A stretch of 64,000 nucleotides of DNA from assembly GCF_018350175.1 (NCBI RefSeq), contig NC_058383.1, positions 6,016,001 to 6,080,000 on the forward strand, read 5' to 3'. Under the pieces are notes generated by a model, which was given only the letters and a program-made list of their open reading frames with translations, searched no databases and was not told the DNA's origin. This DNA is from Felis catus. Lineage: Eukaryota. Every line of letters starts with the position of its first letter. Within the stretch, counting starts at the first letter, position 1. The translations under genes were made by a program, and so were the position numbers. Below, piece by piece: positions 36,850 to 49,092 of this stretch.

Positions 36850-37142
36850 AAAACTTCAAATTGTTTCCCCTTCTCCATCCCCCACTGCTTGATATTTTTC
36901 TTTTCCCATGATACTCATCACCTTCTAACTCACTTACTGATTTTTATGTGTATTTATTTACTTATCCATTCTATTTTTTACCCATTTACAATATTACTGC
37001 GTATGGTCTTTTTCACCAAAATAATGTAAGCACCACAAGGGCGGAAATGGTTCTCTCTCTTGTTCACAGATCCCAAGAGCCTAGAATAGGGCCTGGGACG
37101 TAGTAGGTGCTCAGTAAATATATTTGGAATAAATGAATGAAT
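36850..37142 (+). mobile_element. L2 3' end
   Basis: CCTAGAATAGGGCCTGGGACGTAGTAGGTGCTCAGTAAATATATTTGGAATAAATGAATGAAT. Confidence 0.85.
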
Positions 37143-37579
37143 CCCCACTTCATAGATGAGGACAGTGAGTAAATTGCTGAAGAGAACACCATGAGTTGGT
37201 AAAGGAGTAAGAAAGTGAACTCAGGTGGTCTGGCTCCAGGGTGCCATGGGTGGTCAGTGTCTCATGATGCCTCTCAAGAATGAGAAGATCCACCAGGTTA
37301 GGCTCACCCAGTAGTCCACCCAATAGGCCCAATAGTCCTGCCTTTCCCGAGGCTTCCAGTCACCATCTTGCTTCAGCCTGCACTCATGAGTCTCCTGTTC
37401 TTTGTGACCAGCTCATTGGGCAAAACAGAGCATCCACTGATGGTAGAGACTGGCCTGTGTGCACTCGTGCTCTGGACTGTGAGCTCATCAACTGTGGGGG
37501 CCATGTTTGGGTCACACTGAGGTCCATGTGCCCACATAGTGACCTCCCAAGGTATAGACCAAAAATGCCTGTTGAAAAT

Positions 37580-37638
37580 AGGTGGATAGATAAGTGGACG
37601 GGTAGATGGATGGATAGATGGATGGGTGGATGGATGGA
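37580..37638. repeat. Imperfect (GGAT)n microsatellite
   Basis: Seen directly. Confidence 0.8.
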
Positions 37639-38479
37639 CAATTGAATAAGTAACGACATAAATACATAACTGTACTTCCCAGAAAATATTCTGGAATCAC
37701 AGAGTATATCGCCAAGGATGGAGACATATTAAGACAGTGAAGGTTAGGTGGAGACAGACTTGAAAAGCAGCTGGCATTTGTTTTGGGGAGATCTGCTGCC
37801 CAGATACCAAGGCCCTCATTCCACCCAAAGGCTGATTTGCTTGGATGGAGTGAAGTGAAAATACAGAAGCAATTGGATAGGACAAATGCACACTACAGTG
37901 TGGACAACCTCCAGACCTCATGGCTTTCCCACTCAATTTAAAGATGAGTTTATAATCTGGAGGAATCTCAAGCATGATTAGGAAAAGGATTATTTGGGGA
38001 TAAGAGACAACCTCCTAGTCCCAGCCCCAATGCCTTACTCATACATGTCATGTAGGTAGCTTCCCACTCTGCCTTCTATTTTAGGGGAACTCTGATCACC
38101 TCCAAATCCTTCCCCCGAGCCCTGTCCTCCCAGTAGACTCAGAGGAAACTGTTTCCCCTAAGGGTGTAACTTTGAGTATGTTTCTGTTCCCCAGAATTCA
38201 AGCTTCTGTCAGTTCTGTCGAAAGAGGTTCTTTGTTGTCATATTTTTAAAGAACTCTAGAATTGCTCTACCAAAGTTTCAAGAGCCCAAGACCCAGACCT
38301 GCTTATCAGATGTTATTAGGACCTAGCAGAATCCTGTGGACATGGGAGGGGAGAGGAGACAGACTTGGAGATCTAGCCAAAAAGCCATTCCTTCTCTTTC
38401 TTTCCTTCCCCTATAGATTGGCACATGGCCAGTGTGAGGACAGTCACGTGGGGGTTCCCCCATGGACCATACCCCCAGC

Positions 38480-38900
38480 ATTCACACTTTTGTATGGTTT
38501 TCTCCCACTCTGGGCTTGGCCATGTGACCTGCTATGGCCAACGGGATGTAAGGGAGCTTGACACAAGCAGAGTCCTGAAAGGGCACATGCAGATTAGGGC
38601 TTGTGCTCTTGGAAGATTCCCTCTTAAAACTCTAACACCCTGCTGGGGAGACCATGCTGGGGTGAGAGATGTGCTCAGCCAACCCTCAGCTGCTCCAGCC
38701 ATCCCAACCGAAGTGCCAAGCATATGGGTGAAGCCATCTGGAAATTCTCAACCCCAACTGAGCCCCTAAGTGACCACAGCTACACAAGGAACACCAGATG
38801 AGACCAGCAGAAGAAACTTCCAGCTGAGCCCAGTCCAGTTAACAGAATAAATACATGGTTGTCGTTTTAAGCCATCAGCTTGTAGAGTGGTTTGTTATAC
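38480..38900 (+). mobile_element. MaLR LTR (older MLT1 type)
   Basis: GGGCTTGGCCATGTGACCTGCTATGGCCAA...CCAGCTGAGCCCAG...TTTTAAGCCA...GTGGTTTGTTAT. Confidence 0.8.
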
Positions 38901-38901
38901 A

Positions 38902-39456
38902 GTGTGGTGGATTAAAATATGTCCATAAGTTTTTTGTTACTGCCCCCCCGCCCCACCCCCAAAAGGAGCCTAACTCTCCTCTGCTTGTGTGTGGACTGGA
39001 CTTGGTGACTCACTTCTAACGAATAGCATTAGGAAGTTCTTGTGTGTGACTTCCAAAACTAAGTGATTAAAGGCATTGCTGCTTCCTTCCCCGCCCCCTT
39101 CTCCCCCTCTGTCTCTCAGACAACTGACTTTGAGGAAAGCTAGCCACCATGTCATGAAGACACTCAAGCAGCTCTAGGGAGTGATCCACACGTGAGGAAC
39201 TGAGGCCTCCTGCCAACGGCCATGTTGAGTGCGCCATCTTGGAAGCAGATCCTCCAGTCCCAGTTGAGCTTTCAGAAGACGGCAGACCCCACCAACATCT
39301 TGACTGCAACCCACAAGAGACCCTGAGCCAAAACCATTCATCTAAGCCACTCCCGGATTCCCGGCTCTTGGAAATCGAGTGAGATAATAAATGTTCATTA
39401 TGTTAAGCTGGTAAGTTTTGGGGTGATTTGTTATGCAGCAGTAGATAATTAACACA
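38902..39456 (+). mobile_element. MaLR LTR (MLT1E/F-like)
   Basis: GACTTGGTGACTCACTTCTAACGAATAG...GAGGAACTGAGGCCTCCTGCCAAC...TTTGTTATGCAGCAGTAGATAATTAACACA. Confidence 0.85.
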
Positions 39457-40144
39457 CCCAGCAAGAGATAACTGAAATAGCTGGTGTGCTCTGGTACCAT
39501 GCCAGAGGTTGTCAATGTTCTAGACTGTGACATAGCATATGGCCTCTCCTCCAAGCTTCCTGAGTGTTGCTTGTCCTGGCTACTCCCCTGGAACCCCCAA
39601 ACCTTCTCTTGATTTACCAGTTATAAGGGGGTCATCTCTGGCCTGGCAGGGGTCCTACAGAACCCTGGAGCCTGCTCTGGCATATGGCCATGTCCATCCA
39701 CAGACACCAAAGCCCAATTCATGGTGATGTCAACTATTTTGATGCCCCCTCACTCACTCATTCTAGGGGTTAGCAGAGAGTTGTCATGGCTGTCTTCATC
39801 ATGGCTGTCTTCACAAGGGAGACCTGTGGTGTCTCCCTCCCTATCCTGCCTCTCAGAGGGGACAGCCGACAGGGTGGTTTGGGGGAGGATGTTTTCCCAG
39901 GATGTCTCCCTAAGGAACAGGGTCTCTTGTGCAAGAACCAGAAGGCTGTTTGACTCCCACCTCTTCTGGAGCCCCTCACCCTGCCTAATACAAGCAAAAA
40001 ACGTCTTGCAGACAAATGCATGTACATCTCTCTGCTTTCCATCCCTCCCTTTGATGGATTTTCCTATCAGTAGAGGGATGCCATCAGAGCATCACAGAAT
40101 GAAGCTCTTATGTAAATCTGCCCCTTAGGACTCCCCCTCCCATA

Positions 40145-40880
40145 ATCAGGCATTTTCATACATTGCTGGTAGGAGTACAAAATGGTACAACCCTCCCATG
40201 GAGGGAAATCTGATCATAGCTAACAAAACTTCATGCATTTTCCCCCAAACCAGCAATCCCAGTTTCTGGAATCGACCCTGAAGATACACTTCCAATGATA
40301 CTACACAGATATACTGGTAAGTGATGACAGCATTATCTGTAATAAACACTCATACATCAGAGAGTGGCTGAAAAGCCTGTGGTACATTCGCATAATGGAT
40401 ACTATGCACTTGTTGGAAAAAATGAAGATCTCTGTATCTTGATATGGAGTGGTTTCCAGGATACACTGCTAAGTGGAAAAAGCAAAGTATAAAAAGTATT
40501 TACTGTGTGGTTGTTGTTTGTATAGGAAAGAAAGGAAATATATATATATCGGCTAATTTGATATATATATATATATTAATCAGCTCTATATATTGACTAA
40601 TATCGGCTAATTTTTGCAAACAGAAACATCAGACAGTCACCTCAAAATTAATGAAATTGGCTACCCCAAGGGGGCTGGGGTACTTCTCTGACTATACTAT
40701 GCCTTTTTTATACAGTTTTCACTTTGGTATCCAAAATGAACTCAACAAGGTTGGAGGGAAATGCCCCCCAAATAATTAAGAACATAAAAACAACAACAAC
40801 AAACCAACAAAAAACGAACCATACTATATATGAAACTGATGACATAACCATATAGAGAACTTTTTACAAAAAATAGTTAA
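40145..40880 (+). mobile_element. Old L1 (L1M-type) 3' fragment
   Basis: CATACATTGCTGGTAGGAGTACAAAATGGTACAACC...CCAGCAATCCCAGTTTCTGGAAT...TGTGGTACATTCGCATAATGGA. Confidence 0.8.
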
Positions 40881-40884
40881 TCCA

Positions 40885-41008
40885 GGAGCACCTGGGTGAC
40901 TCAGTTGGTCAAGCATCCGACCCTTGATTTTGGTTCGGGTCATGATCTCGCGGTTCTTGGGATCGAGACTTGCATTGGGCTCTGCACTGAGTGTGGAGAT
41001 TGCTTGAG

Positions 41009-41056
<48 letters not shown>

Positions 41057-41148
41057 CCTCTTTCTCTCCCTCTGCTCCTCTCCCCCACTCATGTTCTCTC
41101 TCTCTCTCTCTCTCTCTCTCAAAATTAAAAAAATTTTAAAAAATAAAT
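40885..41148 (+). mobile_element. Can-SINE with expanded (CT)n tracts
   Basis: TSD AAAAATAGTTAAYCCA at 40869-40884 and 41149-41164. Confidence 0.93.
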
Positions 41149-41200
41149 AAAAATAGTTAACCCAAAGTTAAAAAAATTTTTTTAATGTTTATTTCTTTTT

Positions 41201-41419
41201 TTTTTAATTTTTTTTTCAACGTTTATTTATTTTTGGGACAGAGAGAGACAGAGCATGAACGGGGGAGGGGCAGAGAGAGAGGGAGACACAGAATCGGAAA
41301 CAGGCTCCAGGCTCTGAGCCATCAGCCCAGAGCCCGACGCGGGGCTCGAACTCACGGACCATGAGATCATGACCTGGCTGAAGTCGGACGCTTAACCAAC
41401 TGTGCCACCCAGGCGCCCC
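41201..41419 (-). mobile_element. Can-SINE, young subfamily, nested in another SINE's tail
   Basis: Perfect TSD AATGTTTATTTCTTTTT at 41184-41200 and 41420-41436. Confidence 0.97.
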
Positions 41420-41628
41420 AATGTTTATTTCTTTTTGAGAGAGGGAGAGAGAGAGACAGAGCATGAGTAGGTGAGGGACAGAGAGAGAGGAAGACCCAGA
41501 ACCCAAAGCAGGCTCCAGGCTCTGAGCTGTCAGCACAGAGCCCAACGTGGGGCTTGAACCCACGAACCTCGTGATCACGACCTGAGCCAAAGTCAGATGC
41601 TTAACCAACTGAGCCACCCAGGCACCCC
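41420..41628 (-). mobile_element. Can-SINE (host element; tail remnant at about 41170-41200)
   Basis: Reverse body ending CCCAGGCACCCC. ACCCAAA flanks both sides. Confidence 0.93.
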
Positions 41629-42019
41629 TCACCCAAAATTTTTTTTAAATCCCCTCAAGCTTTCTTAGTTGGCAAGTCTCAGCCACAATAGGTGTTCAAT
41701 AAATGCTTTCTGAAGTGAGCGAGTGAATGAATGAGTGGATGGGTGGATGGATAAGTCAAGGAAAAAGGCAGGGAGCTGGGTGTTTTATTTTCCCCTTAGC
41801 CCAGATGTCTCTGGGCCGGTCACAATTTATGTAATGTAAGGTCTTTGTATTGCGAAAATGAGCCGCAGGCTGTTTCCATGGCCCTCTATGACATCTCATG
41901 CTCCCCAACACGATTCTGAAATCCCACTCTTGCTGGCTTCCTCCCGTTCCTGGTCCTGCCCACCCCCCACTTCCTTACCAATCTCCCAGGGGAGATGCTT
42001 CTTCATAAAACAATTGCTA

Positions 42020-42398
42020 TTTCATTTGTTTGCTGGGACTGCCATAACCAAGAACCACAACTTAGGCAGCTTAACAGAAACGTATTGTCCCTAGGTCCTG
42101 GAGGCCTGGGGGGTCCAAGATCAAGGTGTTGGCAAGGTTGGCCCCTTCTTTGGGATCTCCTTGGTTTGTAGATGGCTGTCTTCTTCCTGTCTCACATTGT
42201 TCTCCCTCTGTATGCGTCTCTGTGTCCAAATTTCCCCTTTTGTAAGGATGCCGGTCGTATTGGATTAGAGCCCACCCTGATGATGTCATCTTAACTTGAT
42301 CATCTGCAAACAGCCTATTTCCAAATAAGGTCACAATCACAGGTACTGGAGGTTAGGACTTAAATACCTTCTGGAAGGATATAATTTAACTCATAACA
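42020..42398 (-). mobile_element. MaLR LTR (MLT1B-like)
   Basis: GTTTGCTGGGACTGCCATAACCAAGAACCACAAC...CTATTTCCAAATAAGGTCAC...CTCATAACA. Confidence 0.9.
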
Positions 42399-44039
42399 CT
42401 TGCAGATGACCTTGACCTGGACAAAGGCATTGCTGGTAACCAGCAGGACTACTATAAGGATTAATTATTAATACGTATAAAACATCAACAACAGTGGGGG
42501 GGGGGGACATAGCAAGAACATGACTGTTTATGACGATGACAATGATGATGATTACATACTGAGACATGGCCTCCACTCTCACGCATACTCTAAGGGCTCA
42601 CCAATGAGCAGATGACACCCCAGTGAGCCACCTGCCAGTCATTTTCTGTCCTACCCTCAATGACTGGCCACTTGACAGGTTCACCAGGCCCGTGGCCCAA
42701 AGTGACAGGTCTGGTTCTGTGTGTTCAGGCTCAGAGGAAGCCCAAACCACTTATAGAAAAATGTGAATCCGAGAAGGAAAACTAATACCGGAGGGACCAG
42801 GGCTATCTCACATTCCCAATGCCAGTCGCCTTGACACTCTGTTGTAGATGTGATCAGAAAAGTTTCAACTCTCCAGAGTCTCCCCTAATGTTCATAACTG
42901 TACACAGGATTTAGCATCAAGAAGATGCCCAAAGAGCAGGCAGGTTTGTGCTGCGTTGGCAGACATCAGGGTCTAAGGATCAGAAAGGCCGGCACTGCCC
43001 ACCGGCCCACGCGGCCGGGAGGTCTGCCTAGGACAGCCTAGGAGGAGGGCTGGGGAGGAGAGGCCCCTTTCTGGCCCCCGTATCACACAGACCTGCGGCC
43101 ACCTTTGCAGGGAACTCAGGCTGGTGTCTGTCCGGCTCTGCCCCGGGGTGTTGCCCTGGCTCCACAGTTCCCTCAGGGTTGGAGAGCCTAGACCGCCCCT
43201 CCTCTTTCCCCTCGTCAAATACTAAGCAATTATGTCAAAAGGATGCTGAAACAGGAGGCCGCCCTGGCGGGGCTGGGAGGTGGGGGTTGGGGGGGGGTGG
43301 GGGTGGGAGGCGGGGCCACAGCTCTTGGCTTAGTTCAAGGCACAGGGTCCCATGTGCTGCCAGATGACAGAATGCATTTGTGCATGAAAAGAGAAGCCTC
43401 AGAACAAAAGACAGAGAACAACACATGCCCCGCTCTTGGCCTTGGTGATGCTTGACATTTCTGGGAAATGAATTTAGCGCAAAAACCAACAATTCAAAAC
43501 CTTGTGCCAAGTAGCTGATGCGAATAGAACCAGTGGGGGAAGGAATAACGTGAAGATGAAGCAGGTCCCAAAATAGCTGTCGTTTGCTGCTGCGTCCACA
43601 CGGGCGGAGGGAGGCAGGCTGTCAAGGGAGCTGTGTACGAAAGCAGGAAAAAAGGTGGGAGTGAGGGCCCGGCTATTGAGGGAAAGAGTGTACGTGTATG
43701 GGTGGTGGGGCTTGGCGGGGGGCGGGGGGGGGGCGGATATTCCGCTTTATTCAGATTCTCGGTCTATAAACTCCCATCAAACCGTCCAAACCCAAATTCC
43801 AATTCCCCCGAGGGCCTGGCCGCTTACCGAGCCGTGGCCGTCGTGTCCCAAGGCCCTTCCTACTCAACATGTCCCAGAAGGACTTATTCTCTCATTGCCC
43901 ACCCCCAACACACCCCACACTCGCTCCTCCCCACCGCCCCCCATCTCAGGGCGAAGGGGGGTTGTCTTCCCCTCGTCTTCCCCCCATCCAAACTGCCTCT
44001 GTATCTTCCATGTAGAGACGGCCTTGGGCCGTGTGAATG

Positions 44040-44250
44040 GGTACAGGCTTGAGAGCCAGACTGCCAGTGTTCTGGGTTCAAATCCCACTCTCCCACTTAC
44101 TAGCTACGTGACCTTGAGCAAGTTTGTTTCAGGGTCCCCTTCCGTAAAATGGTAATGACAACAGTACCTGTTTTCTATGGCAGGTAGGAGATCTCAATGA
44201 CTTAGAACTTGTAACAGGACAGAGCTGTCCACATTAAATACTCAAGAATG
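44040..44250. mobile_element. MIR
   Basis: TGGGTTCAAATCCCACTCTCCCACTTACTAGCTACGTGACCTTGAGCAAGT...GTAAAATGG. Confidence 0.85.
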
Positions 44251-44528
44251 TTGACTCTTATTATCTCTGCCATTAGTATATCCTTGCTCTCAAATATGCC
44301 CCATTTCCCTGTCCCCACCGTCCCTTCCTGAAATCTTCTCTGCCCTCTCAATCTTCTTCCCACCTCCCCCTGCCACTGGGGCATCCAGGGTGATGGTCAG
44401 CCAGGAGGGCTGGCTCCTGGGCAGGGCCAACGCTATTCCTCATCTCAGAGGTTGAAGGGACAGCCCTGTCCCTCCCCTTAAGACCACTCCTGTCCTTCCT
44501 GGCCCCTAAATACTCTTACCTTGGAGGC

Positions 44529-44980
44529 TGTAGTGTGTTGAATAGTATGTTCTCCAAAATTCACATCCACCCAGAACCTCAGATCGTGTGATCTTATTTG
44601 AAAATAGGGTCTTTGCAGATGTCATTGAGCTCATTTGAGGTCATGCTAGATTAGGGTGGGTCCTGAATCCGATGGCTGGCGTCCTTATAAGAAGAGGACA
44701 CGACACAGAAAAAAGTACACACAGAGAAGGCGGCCGTGCAAAGACACAGACAGAGACCAATCAGAGTGAAGCAGCCAACACAAACATACCAAGGATGGCG
44801 GGAAACCACCAGAAGCTGGAAGAGGCAAGTGGGGAGACCCCCTAGAGACTGGTGGGAGCGTGGCCCTCCCAACACCTTGATTTTGGAACACTGACCTCCG
44901 GAAGTGTGGGGGAATACGTTTCTATTGTTTTACGCCATCTGGTTTGTGGTAACTGGTTACGGTGGCCTCAGGAAACAGCA
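44529..44980 (+). mobile_element. MaLR LTR (MLT1B/C-like)
   Basis: TGTAGTGTGTTGAATAG...CTTATTTGAAAATAGGGTCTTTGCAGATG...CACCAGAAGCTGGAAGAGGCAAG. Confidence 0.9.
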
Positions 44981-45088
44981 CCTACGTGTCCCCGTGCTCC
45001 TCATTCAGTACCCCTGACAAGCAGCCACCTGGGAGTCAACCTGTGTCCCTGCTGACCAGCAGCCAGGATGTGACATTTTGTAGGTGTG

Positions 45089-45199
45089 TTTTATTTTATT
45101 TTATTTTATTTTATTTTATTTTATTTTATTTTATTTTATTTCATTTCATTTCATTTCATTTCATTTCATTTCATTTCATTTCATTTCATTTTATTTTAT
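45089..45199. repeat. Compound (TTTTA)n(TTTCA)n pentanucleotide microsatellite
   Basis: Seen directly. Confidence 0.95.
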
Positions 45200-45357
45200 A
45201 GAAAGAGAGAGCTAGCACGAGGGAGAGGGGCAGAGGCAGGGGGGAGAGAGAGAATCTCAAGCAGGCTCCATGCCCGACACCGGCTCAATCCCACGACCCT
45301 GGGATCGTGACCTGAGCTGAAGTCGGACACTCAACTGACTGAGCACCCAGGCGCCTC
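45089..45357 (-). mobile_element. Can-SINE whose tail has expanded into a compound microsatellite
   Basis: Reverse body. TSD TGACATTTTGTAGRTGT at 45071-45087 and 45376-45392. Confidence 0.9.
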
Positions 45358-46277
45358 TATTTTTTTTTTTTTTTTTGACATTTTGTAGATGTTTAATTAA
45401 ATTGGTATTGATTCAGATTTTGCAATTTCTTTTCCATATTGCACAGTCAATGATAGCTTTTCCCTGTTTCAAATGTTTTCTTAGTCTTTGAAAAGCCTCA
45501 GCACAAAGGCCCTGTGCTTACATGACCTGGTAGGTGGAGCACCCTCACCCTGATGCCTCCTTTCCGGACTTGGAGATGCCCCCGGGGACGATGCAAACCC
45601 TGTCCGGCCGCCACTCGCTGCCTCCCCTTGGTCGGAGAAAGCGGGCCCACTCCTGCACGGCCAGGGACCAGCCTCAATGCCTCTCCCGTCGGGGCTATGG
45701 AGGGGGCAGGCGTCCACTCTCTCCCCACTCCCTGGGGCTCCTCCAGTTGGACCCCTACAGAGCCAGGCAGAGGTTTGGCCGAGGGGCAGTGGGTCGCCGG
45801 TGGGCAGAGACCCTCCCTAACATTCCTGGCCTCCTCCAAGCCTCTGAACTGTCTTAGAGATCGAGACTTTACGAGAGAAAAGGTCAATGCCTGACCTTGG
45901 GGAGAGCCCCCCTCTTGCCCTGCCCCTCCTTCATGGATTGCACCCCTGCCCTTTGCTTCCCGTGGCTCCCTCTCCGCCGGTCTCCCGTGTGCCTGTCCCC
46001 CACCTGGAAGGCGCCTTCCGACTTTTGCGCCACCCAACGCTGACTGTGTCCACGAGATTCTTGGGAGGCCTCGAGCCACATCCCGCCCTGAGCCTCGGTC
46101 TCTTCCTGTGATGAAGCCGGAGCACAGAGTGCAGGTGAGCATGAGAGAGGGTGCCTGTCTCTCGCGTCACTGGGCGGCCAGGCGGTGCCTCAGGACAGTG
46201 TGACACACGTGCAGCCAAGATGAAGGCATTAAGTATCACCCAGGGAAGAGACCGGTGCACGACGGAGACCACGGAGA

Positions 46278-46280
<3 letters not shown>

Positions 46281-46319
<39 letters not shown>
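46281..46319. repeat. (CA)n microsatellite
   Basis: Seen directly. Confidence 0.97.
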
Positions 46320-46320
<1 letters not shown>

Positions 46321-47119
46321 GAGCTCAGGTGGTCAGGTGGGGCGGGGTTTACTCGCAGCGAGGTTGGAGAGGACAGATGCACAAGCGCCAGCCCCTTGCG
46401 GTGCCTCAGTCCCCCATGGGCTGCCCGCACCCCACTTCCTGCTGCAGCGGAAGGGCCCCAACCCATCCCGTGTAGGGTCTGCAATACAGACGGCCGCGGG
46501 CACGCCTGAGGGCCACTGACCCGCACGCTCGAGCAGAACGAAGGAACACACACTGGGTCTGAAATAGGTAAAGGCACCCCCATGCGAGGCAATCATCCCT
46601 TCACAGCCTGCGCGGGCTCCCTATCTCCTGAGAAAGATGGGTTCCAGGCCAGGGTCCATCCTTATGTGACCAAGCAGGGACCAAACGGCTGCCTTTCCCA
46701 GCACAGCTGGTTAAGTGGCACCTGTTATTTTACCTCCAGGCTTTCTCCCCTTTCCCTCCGGGGGCCGTACCTCCACTCGCCATTATTTCACAGGCTGTGA
46801 ATCCCTGACCCGCCCCATCCACCCATACACTAAGGGGGCGGGGTATCCTGCAGAGCAGATCACCGTTCCCACCCATCTCGGGACACTTAACCCTCTGGTG
46901 TTTCAGGGTATCCACCTATAATGTGGAGCCCCACGCCACATTCGTGGGCCGTGGACCTCCTCTTCGGACAGCGGCTGCCCCTCCCCTCACAACCTGTGCC
47001 ATTTTACGGGATTGTTACCTTGTGGCCATGGAGACAAGTGGCAGCTACATCCCCGGTCTCCATGGCTCCGTCCATATCATGAAGCTCCAAGATCTTAATG
47101 TCCCCGTGGTGCAACTTTT

Positions 47120-47420
47120 AACTTCTTCTTAACTAAGAATTAGCTCAGAGGTAATTGCTTAAATCGCACCGATGAAAATCAATACGGAGTAAATTAAACG
47201 AAAAGCAAAATTTATCCTGAACGTGTTCCTTGTCGCCTTTGAATAATGCGATGACAAAGCAACTATTTTACCTCCCAGGCTTGAAGTCTTTGTTCTTGGA
47301 CATCTCGAACGGAGATGTAATTATAGGGCCCATTTATCAAAAAGATTAAGGAAATCGGGGAATGGGAATTGGTTTGCAACAGTTTTACGGAAATTAGATC
47401 AACGTGACTCTCGGGTCTGC
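47120..47420. promoter_or_regulatory. Candidate conserved non-coding element or enhancer
   Basis: AT-rich but CpG-retaining unique sequence. Several TAATT cores, CCTTTGAA 47236-47243, TTTTACG 47383-47389. Confidence 0.4.
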
Positions 47421-48164
47421 GTTTTTCATGCCGTGTCCGGAAAGTTTCTCCAATTGCACCGTTTTCTGGCTTCCCTCCCAGCCCCACAAATCAACAATCA
47501 CACACAAGGTTGATCCAGAGGGAGTGTCGGAGCCGAGCGCAGGAGGCCAAAGAAAGGCCCTGCGTCCCGTCCTAACATGGAAGCCTGGGCCTCTCCACAC
47601 TGGCGGGAGAAAGACTTGTTTTTCTCAACCCTCGTTGCCAAGGATACGGCATCCAGTCCTCCGGATCTGAATGAAAGAGCCTGGTTTCCGGGGTTTTTTG
47701 TGCATTTCATAATTTAGAATGCGTTTGGCTTTCATTTGCAACCCGGCCTGCCAGCCCATCTCCCCACAGCTCTGCAAAGCTAACCCGTAATGAACATGAA
47801 TAAATCAAACCTTCTCCGCTCCAGCTGCCTCCTGGGGACGAATTTGGGGTGTTGGGAGGATCAGAGGATTCTCCTGGTTGGGGGTTCTCGAGACCCACCC
47901 TGGGAGCGGCACCCAGGGAACTTGTACAAAATGCACGCTATTGATCTCTGCTCACAGGGAGAGGCCCGGGTGGGTTTTGCAGAAGTTCCCTGATTGTTGT
48001 GGTGCACACTTTGCTCAAGAACCTGGAGTCCACGCCCTCCCTTCTGGTGAGGCGACTGAGGCCCCGGGAGGGGAAGAAAAGTCTCCAGGAACAGCCCCGA
48101 AGGTCATTAGCAGCAGCCCCGGCAGTGCCACGGAGATGGGAGCAGAGGCCCCTCTCCTGGCTCT

Positions 48165-48320
48165 GCTACTCGCCACCCGTGTGACCTTGGGCAAGTTACT
48201 GGATGGCTCTGTGGTCAACTTCCTTGGCTACAAAATGGGGAGAGTAACAGACTGTCCTCTTGCTGGGTTACAGGAGATAATACACATATACGCCGGCATG
48301 TAGTGTCCAGTATTAACTTT
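48165..48320. mobile_element. MIR
   Basis: GTGTGACCTTGGGCAAGTTACT...CAAAATGGGGAGAGTAACAG. Confidence 0.75.
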
Positions 48321-48630
48321 TACCATGTGTGTTTGTTGGTCCTGCATCATAATGAAGAAAGTGGGGCCTTGGAGATGCCTCCCTGCCTCAGCTGGCCATT
48401 CCAGATGTTTCCAGGGACGGTTATTTCCTGGTCCAACCCTGGCCCGGCCTGCCCTCTGGGGATCACTGAGCCATGCTAGGTACCCTAAGGGCCCTGGGCA
48501 CACAGGCCTCCCCACCTACTGGTTTCTGGGCACATCTCCAGTCTCCATCTTTGGCTGTGTCATCTTTGCACCCAGAGCCCCGTTCTATACCTCTCTGAAA
48601 ACTCTGGGAAATTGTTCCCCATCTCGAAGC

Positions 48631-49092
48631 TGTATTCGTTTCCCGTAGCTTCTGTAACAAAGTGTCGCAAACTGGGGGGCGAGCGGGCTTATAAAAGCGG
48701 AACTGCATCCTCTCACAGGTCTAGAGACTAGGAGTCCGAAGTCAAGGTATCAGCAGGGTTGGTTCCTTCTGGCAGCTCTGAGGGAGAATACATTCCAGGC
48801 CTCTGGCTTCTGGAGGTTGCTGGCGATCCTTGCTATTCCTTGAAGGAGCATCACTTCAGGTCCTGGCTCTTTTCCCCCACATGCCTGTGTCTTCTCTTGT
48901 TTCTTATAAGGACACTTGTCATTGCATTTAGGGCTCACTCTGTTAATCCAGGATGCTCTCATCTCGAGATCCTTCACTTAGTTACATCTGCAAAGATCCC
49001 TTTTCTAAAGAAGGTCATATTCCCAGGTTATGTGGGGGGGGGGGGTGTTAAAACTTAGGTATATCTTTTGGGGGCCACAATTCACTCCACAA
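48631..49092 (-). mobile_element. MaLR LTR (MLT1C/D-like)
   Basis: TGTATTCGTTTCCCGTAGCTTCTGTAACAAA...CTTATAAGGACACTTGTCATTG...ACATCTGCAAAGATCCCTTT. Confidence 0.9.

Noticed and set aside
45498..46142. 214-aa minus-strand ORF
   Set aside because: Gly/Arg-rich, no recognisable domain, and it overlaps several other open frames, as expected by chance in GC-rich DNA.
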